DNA of 64,000 nt, from the NCBI GenBank assembly GCA_017654855.1, contig CM030333.1, forward strand, positions 682,001 through 746,000, given 5' to 3'. Source of the stretch: Podospora anserina (Eukaryota). A program made the position numbers and the translations under genes. Of this stretch, positions 1 to 12,629 are shown one piece after another; position 1 is the stretch's first letter, and each line of letters opens with the position of its first letter. Below the pieces are notes generated by a model that was not told the origin of the DNA, ran no database searches, and was given only the letters and a program-made list of their open reading frames with translations.

Positions 1-1607
1 AATGGGAACCAACCCATTAATGACAGCGATAAGGCCAGGAACCAACGGCGTTTCGGTTGCAACAGCTTGGGAGAGCTGGCTCAAAATGTTGGGGAGGACC
101 GCCTGGACCGGAGAGGGGATGACAAGGGGAGGGATGGTCACGGCAGGTATGGCAATTCCTGAAGCTGTGAAGCCCGAAGGATCAACAGTGAGGTCAATGA
201 GTGCTGGAACTCCCACAGTACCAACAACGGGGAGATTGGCCGAGATGCCACTGACGGAGAGGGTCAGGCCGGGTGCTGGCGAGACGATGACCCCAGGGAG
301 CTGAGTGCCCGGAATCGTAACTCCAGGCAGTAGAGTCTCGGGCAAAGTTGGCAACGACACGCTTGGGAGTGATAGACTGGGTAAAGACACAGTCGGCAAG
401 GTGAGAGAGAGGCTCGGTAATGAGATGGTCGGTAAGGTGAGGCTTGGGAGTGAGACGCTCGGCAAAGACACCGCTGGCAACTCCAAACTCGGAAGCGTCA
501 CACTCGGGAGAGATACGCTCGGGAGAGATACGCTCGGAAGAGATATGCTTGGGACCGAAATGCTTGGGAGAGACGCGCTGGGCAACGAGATCGATGGCAG
601 TGTGGGAACCGGCGGAAGGGTCGGGACTGAGAGAGACGGCACCTGGACGGATGGTACCGACACAGACGGCAACGACACAGACGGCAGCTGAATCGAGGGA
701 GCTGACGGGAGGGTCACCGTCACCGTCGGCAGAGGTAACGTAATCGCCGGGATACTGAGCCCAGGAACCGTCAGACTGATCGCTGGGCTCAGGCCAAGCG
801 GAAGGTTGGCCGAGGCAGCAATGGTCACGCCTGGAAGCAACTCGCTGGGAATGACCTCGTTGAGCACCGACGAGATGGCACCCTCGAGAGCCGTCAACCC
901 CTGGATGATGATAGGCACCGGGCCCGCAGTCACAGTGGTAAGCCTTGTTATCGTCACAGTAGGAAACCCGGCGATGGGAACTGTATCGTTGCGATGCAGA
1001 GTGTGGTCGTAGCCAACCCGGGACCTGTTCCGAGAGGATAGCCGATGTTCGACAGAGCGCTCAAAACTGCCTCGGGAGAGTATTGTCTGATAGTGGTGGG
1101 TTCGGCAGCCCTGGGAAGCGCTGGGGATGGAACTGGTGGAAGGAGGAGGTCAAGCACACTATCAAGGAGCCCGGTGACGGCCGGAACCACTCCGCTGAGG
1201 TCGCCAATGAGGATGTCGAGGAGGTTTGGCTGTCTTGGCTGGTTGAAAGACGCAAAGTATTCGAGGGTTTTCTCAGGGGTGCCGAACATCGACAGCAGAC
1301 TTGGGTCGGCTTGACGTTTCTCTAGCTGCCCTTCGGAGTTGTCTGATACCGTCGAAGGTGTGTCTTGATCATGGTCTGATTGACGCTTCTCCAACGCTTC
1401 TTCTGGGAGAATCGGTGTAATCAGCCCTTCTACCAGACCCCCGATGTCAAGTTGGCGCTTCTTCAGAGACTCTTTAGACGCATCGTCACCGGCACTGGGG
1501 ACGTCATGGAGGACTGGGGCGAGTACTGGGGCTGCTTGGTCCAAAGGAGCAGCTGCGACCGACAGACCGCCGAGGGCGAGGGTGCTGTAGAGAACAAAGT
1601 ATTTCAT
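1..1607 (-). CDS. Secreted Pro/Ser/Leu-rich protein with three Kex2-type KR|Q sites and a pentapeptide repeat; 3' partial; frame break near 985
   Basis: ATG at 1607 with signal peptide (MKYFVLYSTLALGGLSVAAAP) and KKRQ, EKRQ, EKRQ. The ORF stops at 954, but a shifted frame (TVPIAGFPTVTITRL...) runs from ~984 to the window edge. Confidence 0.7.
340..690 (-). repeat. Degenerate 15-bp coding repeat encoding (L/V)PS(V/I/L)(S/T)
   Basis: Plus strand shows repeated gggagagatacgctc-like units; minus translation reads LPSVSVPSVSVPS...LPSISLPSVSLPSVSLPSVTLPS. Confidence 0.85.
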
Positions 1608-3236
1608 GATGGGTTGTCGTTCCTAGCCACCATGGCTCTGCTTGATGATCCCAAGCTTCTCTCCCAAGGATGCCTTCATGATGGCATATGTACGACGGGC
1701 CGTTCCGTACAATCAACCATGGACCTGGGAGTGATTTCGAGAAAACGCGTCCAAATAATTCCTTCAGACGCGTGAAATGGAATGCCTCTGCCATTCTTTA
1801 ATTCGATTGCTATATGTACGATGGTAGACATAATGGTGCGATATTGTCCCTCCTGCCCAGCCCAATTTTGTGATAGATTTCTCCGCATCACGGCAAGCTG
1901 TCTTGACTCCTGGAATGCGGCCAGTTCGCGTGCTCCCGAATGTCTAAGAAGACGGTCCGCTCATGTAGGGAGTGATCTTTGGCCACCGATAACTGTCGGC
2001 TGTCTTGATATATGGGGACCAATGCCATGTAAGCGGAAAAGGAAGAAAGATCCCGAACGACAAGGCAGTGTACATGGCTACAGTACACTGTGTTCGATGC
2101 ATGATGCACTCGCATCTCCATCAACGTATGGTGTTTCGACTGTTATCCAGTCCGGCTTGAGCCACTTGGTCAAAGCTGCGATGCACGGGTTTGGTGGTGA
2201 GGATATCAGACGAAAGTGGTAAAAGAGTCTGAGGAGGTTTCATGATGCCGTGGGGGAGGTCTGAAACATGCCGCCGAAGAAGTGATGCTGATCAATTGCA
2301 GACACCGGCAGATTTGGGTGAACGGTTTGGACGCGAGCCACTTTTGGCGTCGTGTCGGTTTGTCTCCCCGCGGAGAGCTCAATCAGTTGGCGCGACGAAG
2401 AAAGGAGAGAGACGAGGGGAGACCAGAAGAGGGGGCGGGTGCAGACTCTCGGCGATGCTGAGCTGAGGTTGGCATTGTTGTGTCCCACCCCATTTCCATT
2501 TCCTGTGCGTTACTCTACGCTCGTTGGAGGTTTGGTTGGGTCACATCGACTCTCCCCTCTCCGGTTCCGCACACAAAGAAAAACTGACCCCATTCCGGCC
2601 GTCAACAAGAGTGGGAAACTGGGGGGCAGTTGACGATTGATGATCTCGATTCTTGAGTAGAAGTCGATGATAAAGAAGGTCAAAGAAGGATGGCGTGGAT
2701 GGTTACCTAGTCGCTGAATTGGTCAGCTTCGGAGGCCCATCCATGTGTCGGCACGGCGTGAGACCTTTTTTTTCAGGTGGTGGATGCGACGGCCCAATCC
2801 CAAGATACCAAAAATGGGTTGGGAGACTGGCCGTGTGGCCTGTGCCGGGGAGCGAGGAGGTCACGGTGCGTGATGAAATCCACGACTCGAGCAATCTGGC
2901 ATAGCGTCATTCCAGTACCCTAGATATCTTCAAAATCTAAAATCCAAAATCCAAAATCATGCCGAGTCTTTTTGTGTGTACGGTCAGGTGGGCTGAGGTG
3001 GTGTGTGGCTGCTGCTGTATCGTGCTGAGAGAAGCCTAAAAACCTGCACCTCCAGGGCAAACTCTGGCGAAAAAGATGGGACTGGTGATGATCCGGAAAG
3101 AAGGGGAAAGGAGCGCAATTTGACGAGTGCGCAGCCTCCAATGAATGGGAGAGCCGATGATTGGTTGACCTGAGGTACAGAGGTACTTAGGGTTGGGGTT
3201 ATGTACCGAGAACCAGGCCCCAGAAAAATCCAAGAC

Positions 3237-3286
3237 GAGACTCCCTTGCTGTTGTTGGAGACTCCCTTGCTGTTGTTGGAGACTCC
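3237..3286. repeat. 21-bp tandem duplication upstream of ies4
   Basis: GAGACTCCCTTGCTGTTGTTG x2 followed by GAGACTCC. Confidence 0.9.
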
Positions 3287-3716
3287 GCGCAGTGTCCCCC
3301 TCGGTTCGTGCGAACAAGTCGACTGCCCGACCTTATTCTTTGGCAGCATGAAGGCAAAACAGGTGGACAGCCCGCCGCCTCACCATGGCTGCGAGGGCTC
3401 CAAACTTTTCAACCATTCCCATTCCCATCGTTCCCATTCTCTCTTTCCCACAACACTTCCCGATGCCCATCATCACCACAATCCATCATCACCACCCTCA
3501 CCAACCACCACCTCATCACCACCACCAGCCCTCCCCGTCAGCAATAATATTAGCCTGCGTCAGGAATAACGTGCAACGCTGAGCTGCACACACACAACCA
3601 GCAATTCACCGCATCACCGCCCCGACAAAGCAAAATTTCCAACCAGCCAACCACCACTTCTTCCATCACCAACTCCAACGCCCACCACAACGTCGTCGGC
3701 TTTTCTGTTGGGCGTC

Positions 3717-4588
3717 ATGGCTCCTTCCAGCAAGAGCGCCGCTGCGGCCAAGGACCGTAGAAAGTCCAACAACAACTCAGCTGGTCTCGTCACCCTCAGA
3801 GTTCCCAGCGCCAAGCTCCGAGCTATCGTCGACCCAGATTACGTGAAGGAAGATTCGCCAGTCAAGGAGTCGCCTGCCACATCGACGACGCTCCCGGCTG
3901 CGACGGTGAATTCCACCACCGAAAACGCGTCGGATTCGAGCCCCAATACTCCAGCCGCCGGCACACCTGCACCCCCCTCTGTGAGCATGGGCCCTCCCGC
4001 CGAGGGTCCCAAGAAGAAGGGCGTCAAAAGAGGTGCGGCTGCTCTCAACGGAGAGCCCAAGGTCCGTGGGAAGCCTGGCCCCAAGAAGAAGCAGAGACTG
4101 TATGTCACCCTTCCATCATTCATCCCATCATCACTGACTGCCCCTTTACCTGATGCATTGCTGACACATTACACAGTGAGGATGGAACCATCGAAGGCGG
4201 TAGAGCCAGTCTCGGAGCTCACAAGCTCGGTCCCAAGGCCAACCAAGGTGCTATCAATGCTGGCCTTCGCGCCCTCGACAGATCTGGCAAGCCCTGTCGC
4301 AAGTGGAGCAGAGGCGGCTTCACCATGAAGAGCTTTACCGGCGTTGTCTGGGAGATCCCACGCTGGGTCGCACCTCCCAAGATCTCGCCCGAGACTTCCA
4401 CAGACTCATCATCAGCTCCAGTCTCGGTCGACGGCAGCAGCAAGGAGAATAAGGACAGTGCCAGCCAGCAACTCAAGAGCGACACAAGTAACAATGGCGG
4501 CGACATCGAGATGACCAGCGCTCCCAGCATCAGTGCTGCTCCCTCCCCAGTGCCACCGGCACCTGCTCCTATCGCCGCCGCCTCTTAA
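3717..4588 (+). CDS. ies4: INO80 complex subunit Ies4 (DUF1711-type)
   Basis: Exons 3717-4099 and 4177-4588 (GTATGT...CTGAC...CAG). Spliced motif RGKPGPKKKQRL..HKLGPKANQGAINAGLRALDRSGKPCRKW..F.MKSFTGV.W. Confidence 0.85.
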
Positions 4589-4684
4589 ATCATCATTGAA
4601 CCATTCTATGCTGTCAGCGAGTTCATTCGTTTAATAATCCCTTTTTAACAACATGGCGAATCACGGGATATGATTTGCATCAGC

Positions 4685-4719
4685 CAGCACAGCACAGCAC
4701 AGCACAGCACAGCACAGCA
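4685..4719. repeat. (CAGCA)7 microsatellite downstream of the ies4 stop
   Basis: Seen directly. Confidence 0.9.
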
Positions 4720-6706
4720 CACAGCCTTGGGCGTTCCGGTTTCTTTTTCAGGTGTAATTGGTGGGGGCGTTCTGATTGCTTTTACTTTTCACTTTTCATT
4801 GCACCAGGTGTCACACAGGGCGAGAGCAGGCAAGGCAAAAACTGGAACAGGGGGGACGGCGACGGAGCGGCCGTTTGCTTCGTCTGGGGTTCATCATGAC
4901 GCACTGGCCAGTCAGGTTCAGTGTGTGGCAAGGCGTTTAGGAGCACAAGGGAAAGATGGTTTGGGGTTTTGGGAGAGACAGGAGAGACAAACAATTGAGT
5001 GACTGTATATTAGGGTTGTTGATAGGATGGAAATGGAGTTTGGCCTTCTCCGCCGTAAGACAGAGAAGAGGCAGGCAGGGGAACAATGAGGAAAGGGGAT
5101 AGATCTTTTTTCACTTGGTGCTCATCAAACATCGTTTGTCGGTTTCGTGATTGGGAATTTTAATGTCTGCAAAGTGTCGGGGTTGCCGGAAAACAAGGCG
5201 TTCTTCCATGGCGATGGCATTTACACCTCGGGCATCGGTGTTGAAAATACAATGAATCAACAAACGCCTTTCATTGTTCACTTTATGATCAATATTTACA
5301 CGGTGCAAAGATGGACACAATAAAGAAGGAAACCCCAGCGAACTTGGATCGGATGAATGCTCCAGGTCATCTGGTCAAAGAGGTTCTTTATTTCACAACA
5401 CCTTGGCTCTGCTCTCAGGCCCAGGGGATAATTCATCCGGTATGACTCGGGAAAGGCCGTCCACATAAAATTCAAAATAAAAACCGCAGAGAAAAATAAA
5501 AAAACCTGTGGGGTTTTGTTCGACCATGACCAGGCGGTTACGTACGAATGAAGGATGGTGATGTTGGTCAAGCAGAGACAGTAGTGAGAGAAAATCCCCC
5601 GATCTGATTTAGAGTGATCAATTTTGGGGAGTTGAGTGGTTGCAGGTTTGAGAAAATGAGCAGTCAGCTTGTGCCTCTTCCTGTGTGCTTCCTCTTCTGT
5701 GTCTTGTCCGGTTTTGGTTTTAATTCTTGGTTCACCACATCGCCATTGCATGGCAGGATTACGTCGAGGGAGAGAGAGAGAGAGAGGTACGGAGGTACCT
5801 CGCTATATTCCGTGCCAGTGGCATCAAGTAAAGATGCCTCAGGTTGCTGTCGGTGAGGCTTTCACTTGATTGGTTGGCGAGGTTGGGGAATTCCAGTTCA
5901 GCAAACTTGTCACGATTATCTGTGAGAATAGCAGGAGAACACATATCTGTAGACAGCTTGAATGAAATGTTCGACTCCTCCCCTGATGAATCCGAACATC
6001 GGAACAAGTTGTCCCCCCAAAAGATGACGACGATAAGGCAAGTGTGTCGTGAGAGAGAGAACGCTTTGGCCACTCACCCACTGTGGAACTTGTGGGTCTC
6101 CATAGAGACAAGCGTTGGGGGAGACCCCATGATCCTGCCAGTGCCCACTGCCCGCCCAGAATCTCCACTGACACGCCAGATAGGGACCCGCACTTGCTGC
6201 CAGAAGCGACGTCCCGGGCACCTCACAGGCAATGATTGACCCGACTTGATTAGAAAGACACTCAGAACAGAACCGAGAAGCAGCAACCTCGATTGATTGA
6301 TCCTCACCACGGCTTTCCCCAAACATATTCCCCTCCCTCCAGTAACTACCAACCTAGCCAACGCAGCCATCAAAGCCACCTCTGCTAAAGACGCCGGGTC
6401 CTAGAATCTATGACATAGCGTCCCAGCGACAAGAAAACCGAGGGCACCTAGTACCGCTTGAACTGTCGACACACACACACCTCACCAGCTACGCACAACG
6501 CCCCAATTACCGTAAAGCTATAAGCCCCCTTCAACCACCGTATAACACGTTTGTCACTTTACGAGGTACGGGGCTCGGGTGGCCGTCTTGCGGTCTGGAG
6601 ATCCTGCCGTCGTCGTTGTCGCCGCCCAAGAGCTCGGTAGTGACCAGCTCCACCCCTCCCTGTTCTTTCTCCCCCTCAGCTGCTCCAGCTGTTGCCACCC
6701 CTCACC

Positions 6707-9137
6707 ATGACGAACCCATACCAACAGTCACAGCAGTCACAGCACGGCGCAGCCGCCAGCAACTTCCCCAGGAGTACCTCATACGCCTCCATCGTCTCTG
6801 GATCTCAACAGCAGCAGCAGCAATCCGCTACCCGATCATCGGCCTTGGGGTTCTCACATATCCTTGACCCGAACCCTGACGCCGAACTCGATACACACAA
6901 TCCCTACTACCCCGAGCTCGATAGACTTTTCTCGCGACCCAATATCCCAACATTTGGCGGTGCCGGCATGGATATGGACACAGGATATACATCACGAAAC
7001 CAAAACGAAAACGGACACAACAATAATAATACCAATAGCGGGCCGTGGCCACCACCCGCAAGACTAGGTTCCAACTTTTCAATGTCCAGGGCGTTCGACA
7101 TGTTTTTAAACAAGGAACCTTTAAGCTTCGCCGATGCTGCAGATGTGGACAGCGCCGCGCATAAGGGAACCGGCGCGGGCGCCAACCCCTTCTTGTCCGG
7201 CGGGACAGCGCCAAACTTTCTTGCCCCCTCTTACCTCCGAGGTACCACCTACCTCACCAAGCTGGAAGAGCAGCACCGAGCGAGAATTTTGGCCGAGAGA
7301 GAAAGAGAGGCTAGCGTACCAGGTGCGAAAACGCAGACGAGAGCAGGAGTACTAGCCACCAACGGAAACAGTCATCACACTCTATCGCCCATGTCTGGAA
7401 AGGTGCACACAGGCGGGGGATCACACCGGGGGGTGGCCTTTGATGTGGTGGAAAAGTCGGCGTTGAGCCAGGGTTTGGTCGAGGAGGAAGTCAATCCGTT
7501 GCCGTCGAGGTGGAACATGGACGACAGGGAACCCTCCCTAGAGCTCTCGGGCGATGGCTATGAAGTTACCTTCACCGGGCGGATGAGCAATGAACACGAG
7601 GCCTCGGCAGTGAGGGCTGATCACCCCATGAATCCGGCCTGTGGCATATACTACTTTGAGATCACGGTCCTGAACAAGAAGAAGTCATCGACCGACGACA
7701 TGCCACCCATTGCGATTGGCTTCTCTAGCCAGATGGCCGCGCTGAACCGGGCGCCGGGATGGGAACCGGAGAGCTGGGGGTACCATGGGGACGACGGAAA
7801 CTGCTTCGCCGCGCAAAACGTAGGGAAGGCGTACGGCCCCAAGTTTGGTCCGAAGGATACGGTCGGGTGTTGTATCAATTTCCGGCTGGGGCAGGCGTTT
7901 TTTACAAAGAACGGCAAGGAGCTGAGTAGGTTTTGATATCTGTGGGAAATCAAAAGAAGGCGGTTGCTAACATGTGGAACTGCAGAGGTGGCGTTTCGGG
8001 ACATCAACTTTAAGGATGTGAAGGCGGGCAAGTTGTTTCCCATGGTCGGGCTCAAGAAGACGGGGGATCACATCTGGGCCAACTTTGGGCAGCAGCCGTT
8101 TATGTTTGATATTGATAACTACATGCTGGTCAGTTTGTTCAACACTCGGAACAGGGCGAGTGGTAGCTAACGTTCGTGGCATAAACAGGAGCAGCAACAG
8201 ATTATCGAAGACGAGATAAACCGTGTCGATACACGCATCCTAGCACCAGGACTGTCAGAAACGGAGCTTATTCAGCAATTGGTTTTGCAATTCCTGCAAC
8301 ATGACGGCTACGTTGAGACAGCTCGTGCTTTTGCGGAGGAGATCCATTCCGAGAAGTCGGCTCTTCGGCTTAGTGCCAAGGAACAGGTCAAGGGCATCAA
8401 CATCAAAGACGACGAGGACGCCAACAACCGCCAGAGGATCCGTCGAGCGATACTCGAAGGCGATATCGACCGCGCCATGCGTTACACGGAGCAATACTAC
8501 CCCAACGTCCTCAAAGAAAACGAGCAGGTTTATTTCCGTCTCAAATGCAGGAAGTTCATCGAGATGATTCGCAAGGAGGCCGAGATGAACCTAAAGTTGG
8601 AGGATCGAAACCGGCGACTCGAAGAGCAGCGCAGCAGACAAGGCCTGGGGGATAATGACGAGGAGATGCAAGATGAGTGGGATGACGAGAGGGAGTTCTA
8701 CATTGATCAACTCGGGAAGCTCTCGATGGAGGCACTGGAGTACGGACAGGAGCTGAGGGCCGAGTTCACCAACAATCCGAGCAGAGAGATGACGAAACAC
8801 CTGGATGAGATTTCCAGTCTGATTGCCTATCCGCATCCGCTGCAGGTGCCAGAGGTGTCTCATTTGATGGATGCGAAGGGGAGAGTGGCCGTGGCGGAGG
8901 AGTTGAACTCTGCTATACTGAGTAGGTTTCTTCCTTGTTTCTGCCCATGTGTGATGGGAGGCGTTGCTAACTAATATGACCAAAGCATCACTCGGCAAAT
9001 CATCCCGCGCAGCACTCGAAAACGTTTACGCCCAGACCTCGGTGCTTCTGGAGGACCTGGCGAAGGACGGGGGACCGGGTGCTTTTGTGACGTTGGAGGC
9101 GCTCTTCAGGCAGTTTCCACCCAGCAAATTGCTTTAG
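6707..9137 (+). CDS. RanBPM/RanBP9-10-like scaffold of the GID/CTLH E3 ligase (SPRY, LisH, CTLH, CRA)
   Basis: SPRY motifs GIYYFEIT, PGWEPESWGYHGDDG and ANFGQQPFMFDI; LisH LVLQFLQHDGYVETARAF; CTLH RQRIRRAILEGDIDRA. Introns 7926-7985, 8129-8188 and 8922-8985. Confidence 0.9.
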
Positions 9138-9845
9138 GGGGCAAAATCAAAAGGCAAGGAAGGCGCATCAATGGTGGAAGAGATGGAAACAGGGGCGTTG
9201 AAATGTTGTTTGGACATGAGTATACAGCCCGGGACGCGAGAGGGATGCCTGATCATCAGCAGACATGTTAAGCGCAACATCACTAAACAATCAAGAGAAT
9301 GGCGCATGGCGTTACTGGAAAGGGGTGGTTTTTCTTTGGACCAAACATACAACAGCAGAGCAGCGGATGGAGGAGCGGAATGGAGAGAAACAAGGCAGCA
9401 TTACCTGGCGGTTCTCGATATAAAACCAACTTTTTCTCTCCTCTTGTTTCGGGAGTTGGTGAGGGTGTGGTGTTTATGGTGCTATTCACAACCAGGTTGT
9501 CTGTTCAGTGGGGTTGTTTTTTTTTTGCGGTGGTCCTTTCTCTCTCTCTCTATCTATTGGGCATTTTGGTCTGCTGGCTTTTATTGTGTAGCTCATCTCC
9601 ATCCTCAGTTTCTCACCTTGTAGTCGGCTCTCCATCTGGCCTCTCGTGAGTGGTTTGGTGGTGAGGGGAATCATCTCAGCTTGGATTTTGGGCCTGGTTT
9701 TTGGCTTATAAGTATGCATGAATAAACATATCAAATTGAATATAAGTTACTGTGTCGATATGGGAGGTGAGAAATGTGAGGGTGGGTTTTGTATGGTCTT
9801 ACGGAGTACTGCCTGTTCTCTCTCCTGTCCCTATGCCCCTTTTCG

Positions 9846-9858
9846 AAACCCTAACCCT
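9846..9858 (+). promoter_or_regulatory. Telomere-like motif (telobox) ~280 bp upstream of otu2
   Basis: AAACCCTAACCCT; regulatory role is inferred only. Confidence 0.35.
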
Positions 9859-10134
9859 CCACTGAATGGTCGGTGCCTGCCGAGTGGCTTTTGAGAACTT
9901 GCATGCCCCGCCGTTGCGACTTGCCCCACCATGAGTTTCGCCGTTTGAGCTCCAGGACAGTTTTGTCTTTTTGCTTTTGCGCAACCGACAGCCGCGATTT
10001 TGACACACTCTCTTCCCAATCGATCGTATTATTTCTACAATTAGACTCACAGGGAACGAGCGCCCATCGGACTCTCGCAGCGAAATTCTCACTCCCATAC
10101 CACACATCACCCAGAAGAAAGTAAAAGAGACATC

Positions 10135-11112
10135 ATGGGCGACGCTGAACAACTTCCCCCGGTGGCCGACCAGCCAACAGATGCAACAACTACAGAAAGT
10201 ACACAAGAGCAGAAACCCGACGACCTCGAAGCCATCCTGGCGCGCCACCGCAAGGAACTCCGCGACTTGCAGTCGAGGGTGACGCAAAAGAAGAAGAATG
10301 CGACCAAGAAGACGAGGAAAAAGGTTAATGAGGAGTGTGCTGAGCTGGAGAGGGGGTTGAAGGAGAGGCACGAGGCGGAACTGGCGCAGGTTACGGGTGG
10401 CGGCGGTGATGCTGAGCCTGAGCCCGTATCAGAACCTGAGGAGGAGGGGGGAAAGGATGAGGTTGAGACTGTTACGGAAAGGGTTGAGGAAATGAGGGTT
10501 ACACCACCACCATCACCACCACCACCACCACAACAACAACAACAACAACAACCAGGGAAGAAACGAAACCGGCAGAAGGAAAGATTGGCGAGACGGCAGG
10601 CTGAGGTTGAGGCTGCTAGTGCCAGGGCGCAGGAGGAGGCGTCGCGGATGACGGATCATGGGGCTGTGGAGAAGCTTCATGTTGATGGGGTTTTGAAGAG
10701 GGAGGGGTTGGAGGAGGTGGAGGTTAGGGCTGATGGGCATTGTTTGTTTGCTGCTGTTGGCGACCAACTTTTTCGGAGGGGGGTGACGGAGGAGTTGTTG
10801 GATTATAGGGAGGTGAGGAGACGGGCGGCGGAGTATATGGACAGGAACAGGGATGATTTTGAGCCGTTTGTGGATTTGGAGAGTCAGAGTTGGAAGGAGT
10901 ATTTGAGGAAGATAAGGGATACTTCTGCTTGGGGGGGGCAGCCGGAGCTGCTGGCTCTGGCGAGGGTGTTTGGGGTGGGCATTACGGTTGTGCAGGTGCC
11001 GAGGAATGAGGTTATCAATAGGGAGGGGGGGGGGAAGATGCTGTGGGTGGTTTATTATTGGAAGGGGAGTAATTCGGGGAGGCATTATAACTCTTTGAAG
11101 TCTGTCTCTTAG
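10135..11112 (+). CDS. otu2: OTU-domain deubiquitinase (Otu2/OTUD6B-like)
   Basis: N-terminal RHRKELRDLQSRVTQKKKNATKKTRK; catalytic ADGHCLFAAV, WGGQPEL and HYNSL; internal polyP/polyQ tract at ~10502-10553. Confidence 0.92.
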   Translation: MGDAEQLPPVADQPTDATTTESTQEQKPDDLEAILARHRKELRDLQSRVTQKKKNATKKTRKKVNEECAELERGLKERHEAELAQVTGGGGDAEPEPVSEPEEEGGKDEVETVTERVEEMRVTPPPSPPPPPQQQQQQQPGKKRNRQKERLARRQAEVEAASARAQEEASRMTDHGAVEKLHVDGVLKREGLEEVEVRADGHCLFAAVGDQLFRRGVTEELLDYREVRRRAAEYMDRNRDDFEPFVDLESQSWKEYLRKIRDTSAWGGQPELLALARVFGVGITVVQVPRNEVINREGGGKMLWVVYYWKGSNSGRHYNSLKSVS

Positions 11113-11775
11113 GGGAAGGAGGGAGGAATGGACTGGATGCAGTCATAGAGAAAAACAAGGACTTGGAGGTTGCTAGAAACCCTTGTTGACATGAAATAAA
11201 AATATAACACCTTCGACGAGTCCTCCCGACTACCTTGTCTTCAAAGACCATCAACACATAAGGCTGATCAACTACTTGGAAGACCTCTCAGTTATCTTTG
11301 AACGGCTGTTGATTACGTTGAAACCCCTCATTTCCAGCAGGAGTCTCCTTTTGTTATATATTCCACGACGTCAATGTTTAAAAATAAAACCATCTCAACA
11401 GCATCACCAATATCAGAAATGCTGATAGCCTTTCCCCAGCTTCCAAGAATGTGGGGGAGCAAGGAAAGCAAGTCTTGGCCTTTTGGAGAAATCGCGGGGA
11501 ATTTTTGTCGGTTTGGTACCCAATCAGGTTAATGATGCTGCCCGTTGGGGAATAGACCCTTTGTTTGTGACGACGAACCTCGGCTTCCGGCTGGCGGCTG
11601 TCTCCTCCTCAACGGTTTAGATATCGATTGTCCATCTCTAGGATTTGTGTCTAGATTTGTCGGAAAAGGACGTCCTTGGGGATATATACATCTACCCAGT
11701 TCATCTCATCAGCTTGATATTCTTGCTTCAACCAACATACACCCCAACAAGCTGTCAGTCACACCACAGTACAAA

Positions 11776-12629
11776 ATGGACGTCAACAACCTCTTCTCCA
11801 TCAAGGTACACCCCCCCCTCACTCCCCCTTCCCTATCTCCCCCCCCCCTTCCTGCTAACTTCCCCAGGGCAAAGTAGCCCTCATAACCGGCGGCGCCAAA
11901 GGCGTCGGCCTCATGATCTCCACCGCCTTTGTGTCCGCCGGCGCAAAAGTGTACATCTCGTCCCGCGACGCCACCGCCTGCGCCTCCGCCTGTGCAACCC
12001 TCAACACCATCACCCCCAACTCGGCCTTCTCCCTCCCCGCCGACCTCCAGTCCGAAAAAGAAGTCCACCGCCTAGCCGCCGAGCTCACCAAGCTCGAGCC
12101 GGGGGGGCTGCACATACTGATCAACAACTCGGGCGCCACCTGGGGCGAGCCCTACGAAAAGTACCCCGACGCCGCCTGGACCAAGCTCCTCACCCTCAAC
12201 CTCACCCGCGTCTTCACCCTCACCCAGGCGCTCACACCCCTGCTCATCAAGGGGAGCAAACAAGACGATCCGGCGAGGGTGGTGAATATCGGCTCCATCG
12301 ATGGGTTGCGCGTTCCTCTCCTTCCAACGTTTGCGTACAGTGCCTCCAAGGCGGGCCTGCACCATCTGAGTAGACATCTTGCTGTTGAGCTGGGACCAAA
12401 GGGGATAACGGTGAACAACCTCGCGTGTGGGCCTTTTCCGAGCAAGATGATGAAGCATACTTTGGACACGATGGGGGAGGTGATCAAGGAGGCGAATCCG
12501 TTGGGCCGAGTAGGACAGCCCGAGGATGTGGGCGGGGCGTGTTTGTTTTTGTGCAGCAGGGCGGGGGGTTATGTCAACGGGGCTACTTTGGCGTTGGATG
12601 GGGGGGTTCATTTGATGGCCAAGATTTAG
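11776..12629 (+). CDS. Short-chain dehydrogenase/reductase (RhlG/gluconate-5-dehydrogenase-like), probably peroxisomal
   Basis: Intron 11806-11867; TGGAKGVG, INNSG, GS and YSASKA motifs; ends in -AKI. Confidence 0.92.

Noticed and set aside
2..1012. Plus-strand ORFs with LGRDT-like repeats
   Set aside because: Direct antisense of the minus-strand LPSVS repeat frame.
5100..6400. Overlapping 100-150 aa ORFs between ies4 and the RanBPM-like gene
   Set aside because: No codon bias or motifs; mostly non-ATG starts.
9846..9858. CCCTAACCCT as telomerase RNA template or telomere
   Set aside because: Only about two units in a promoter, with no supporting structure.
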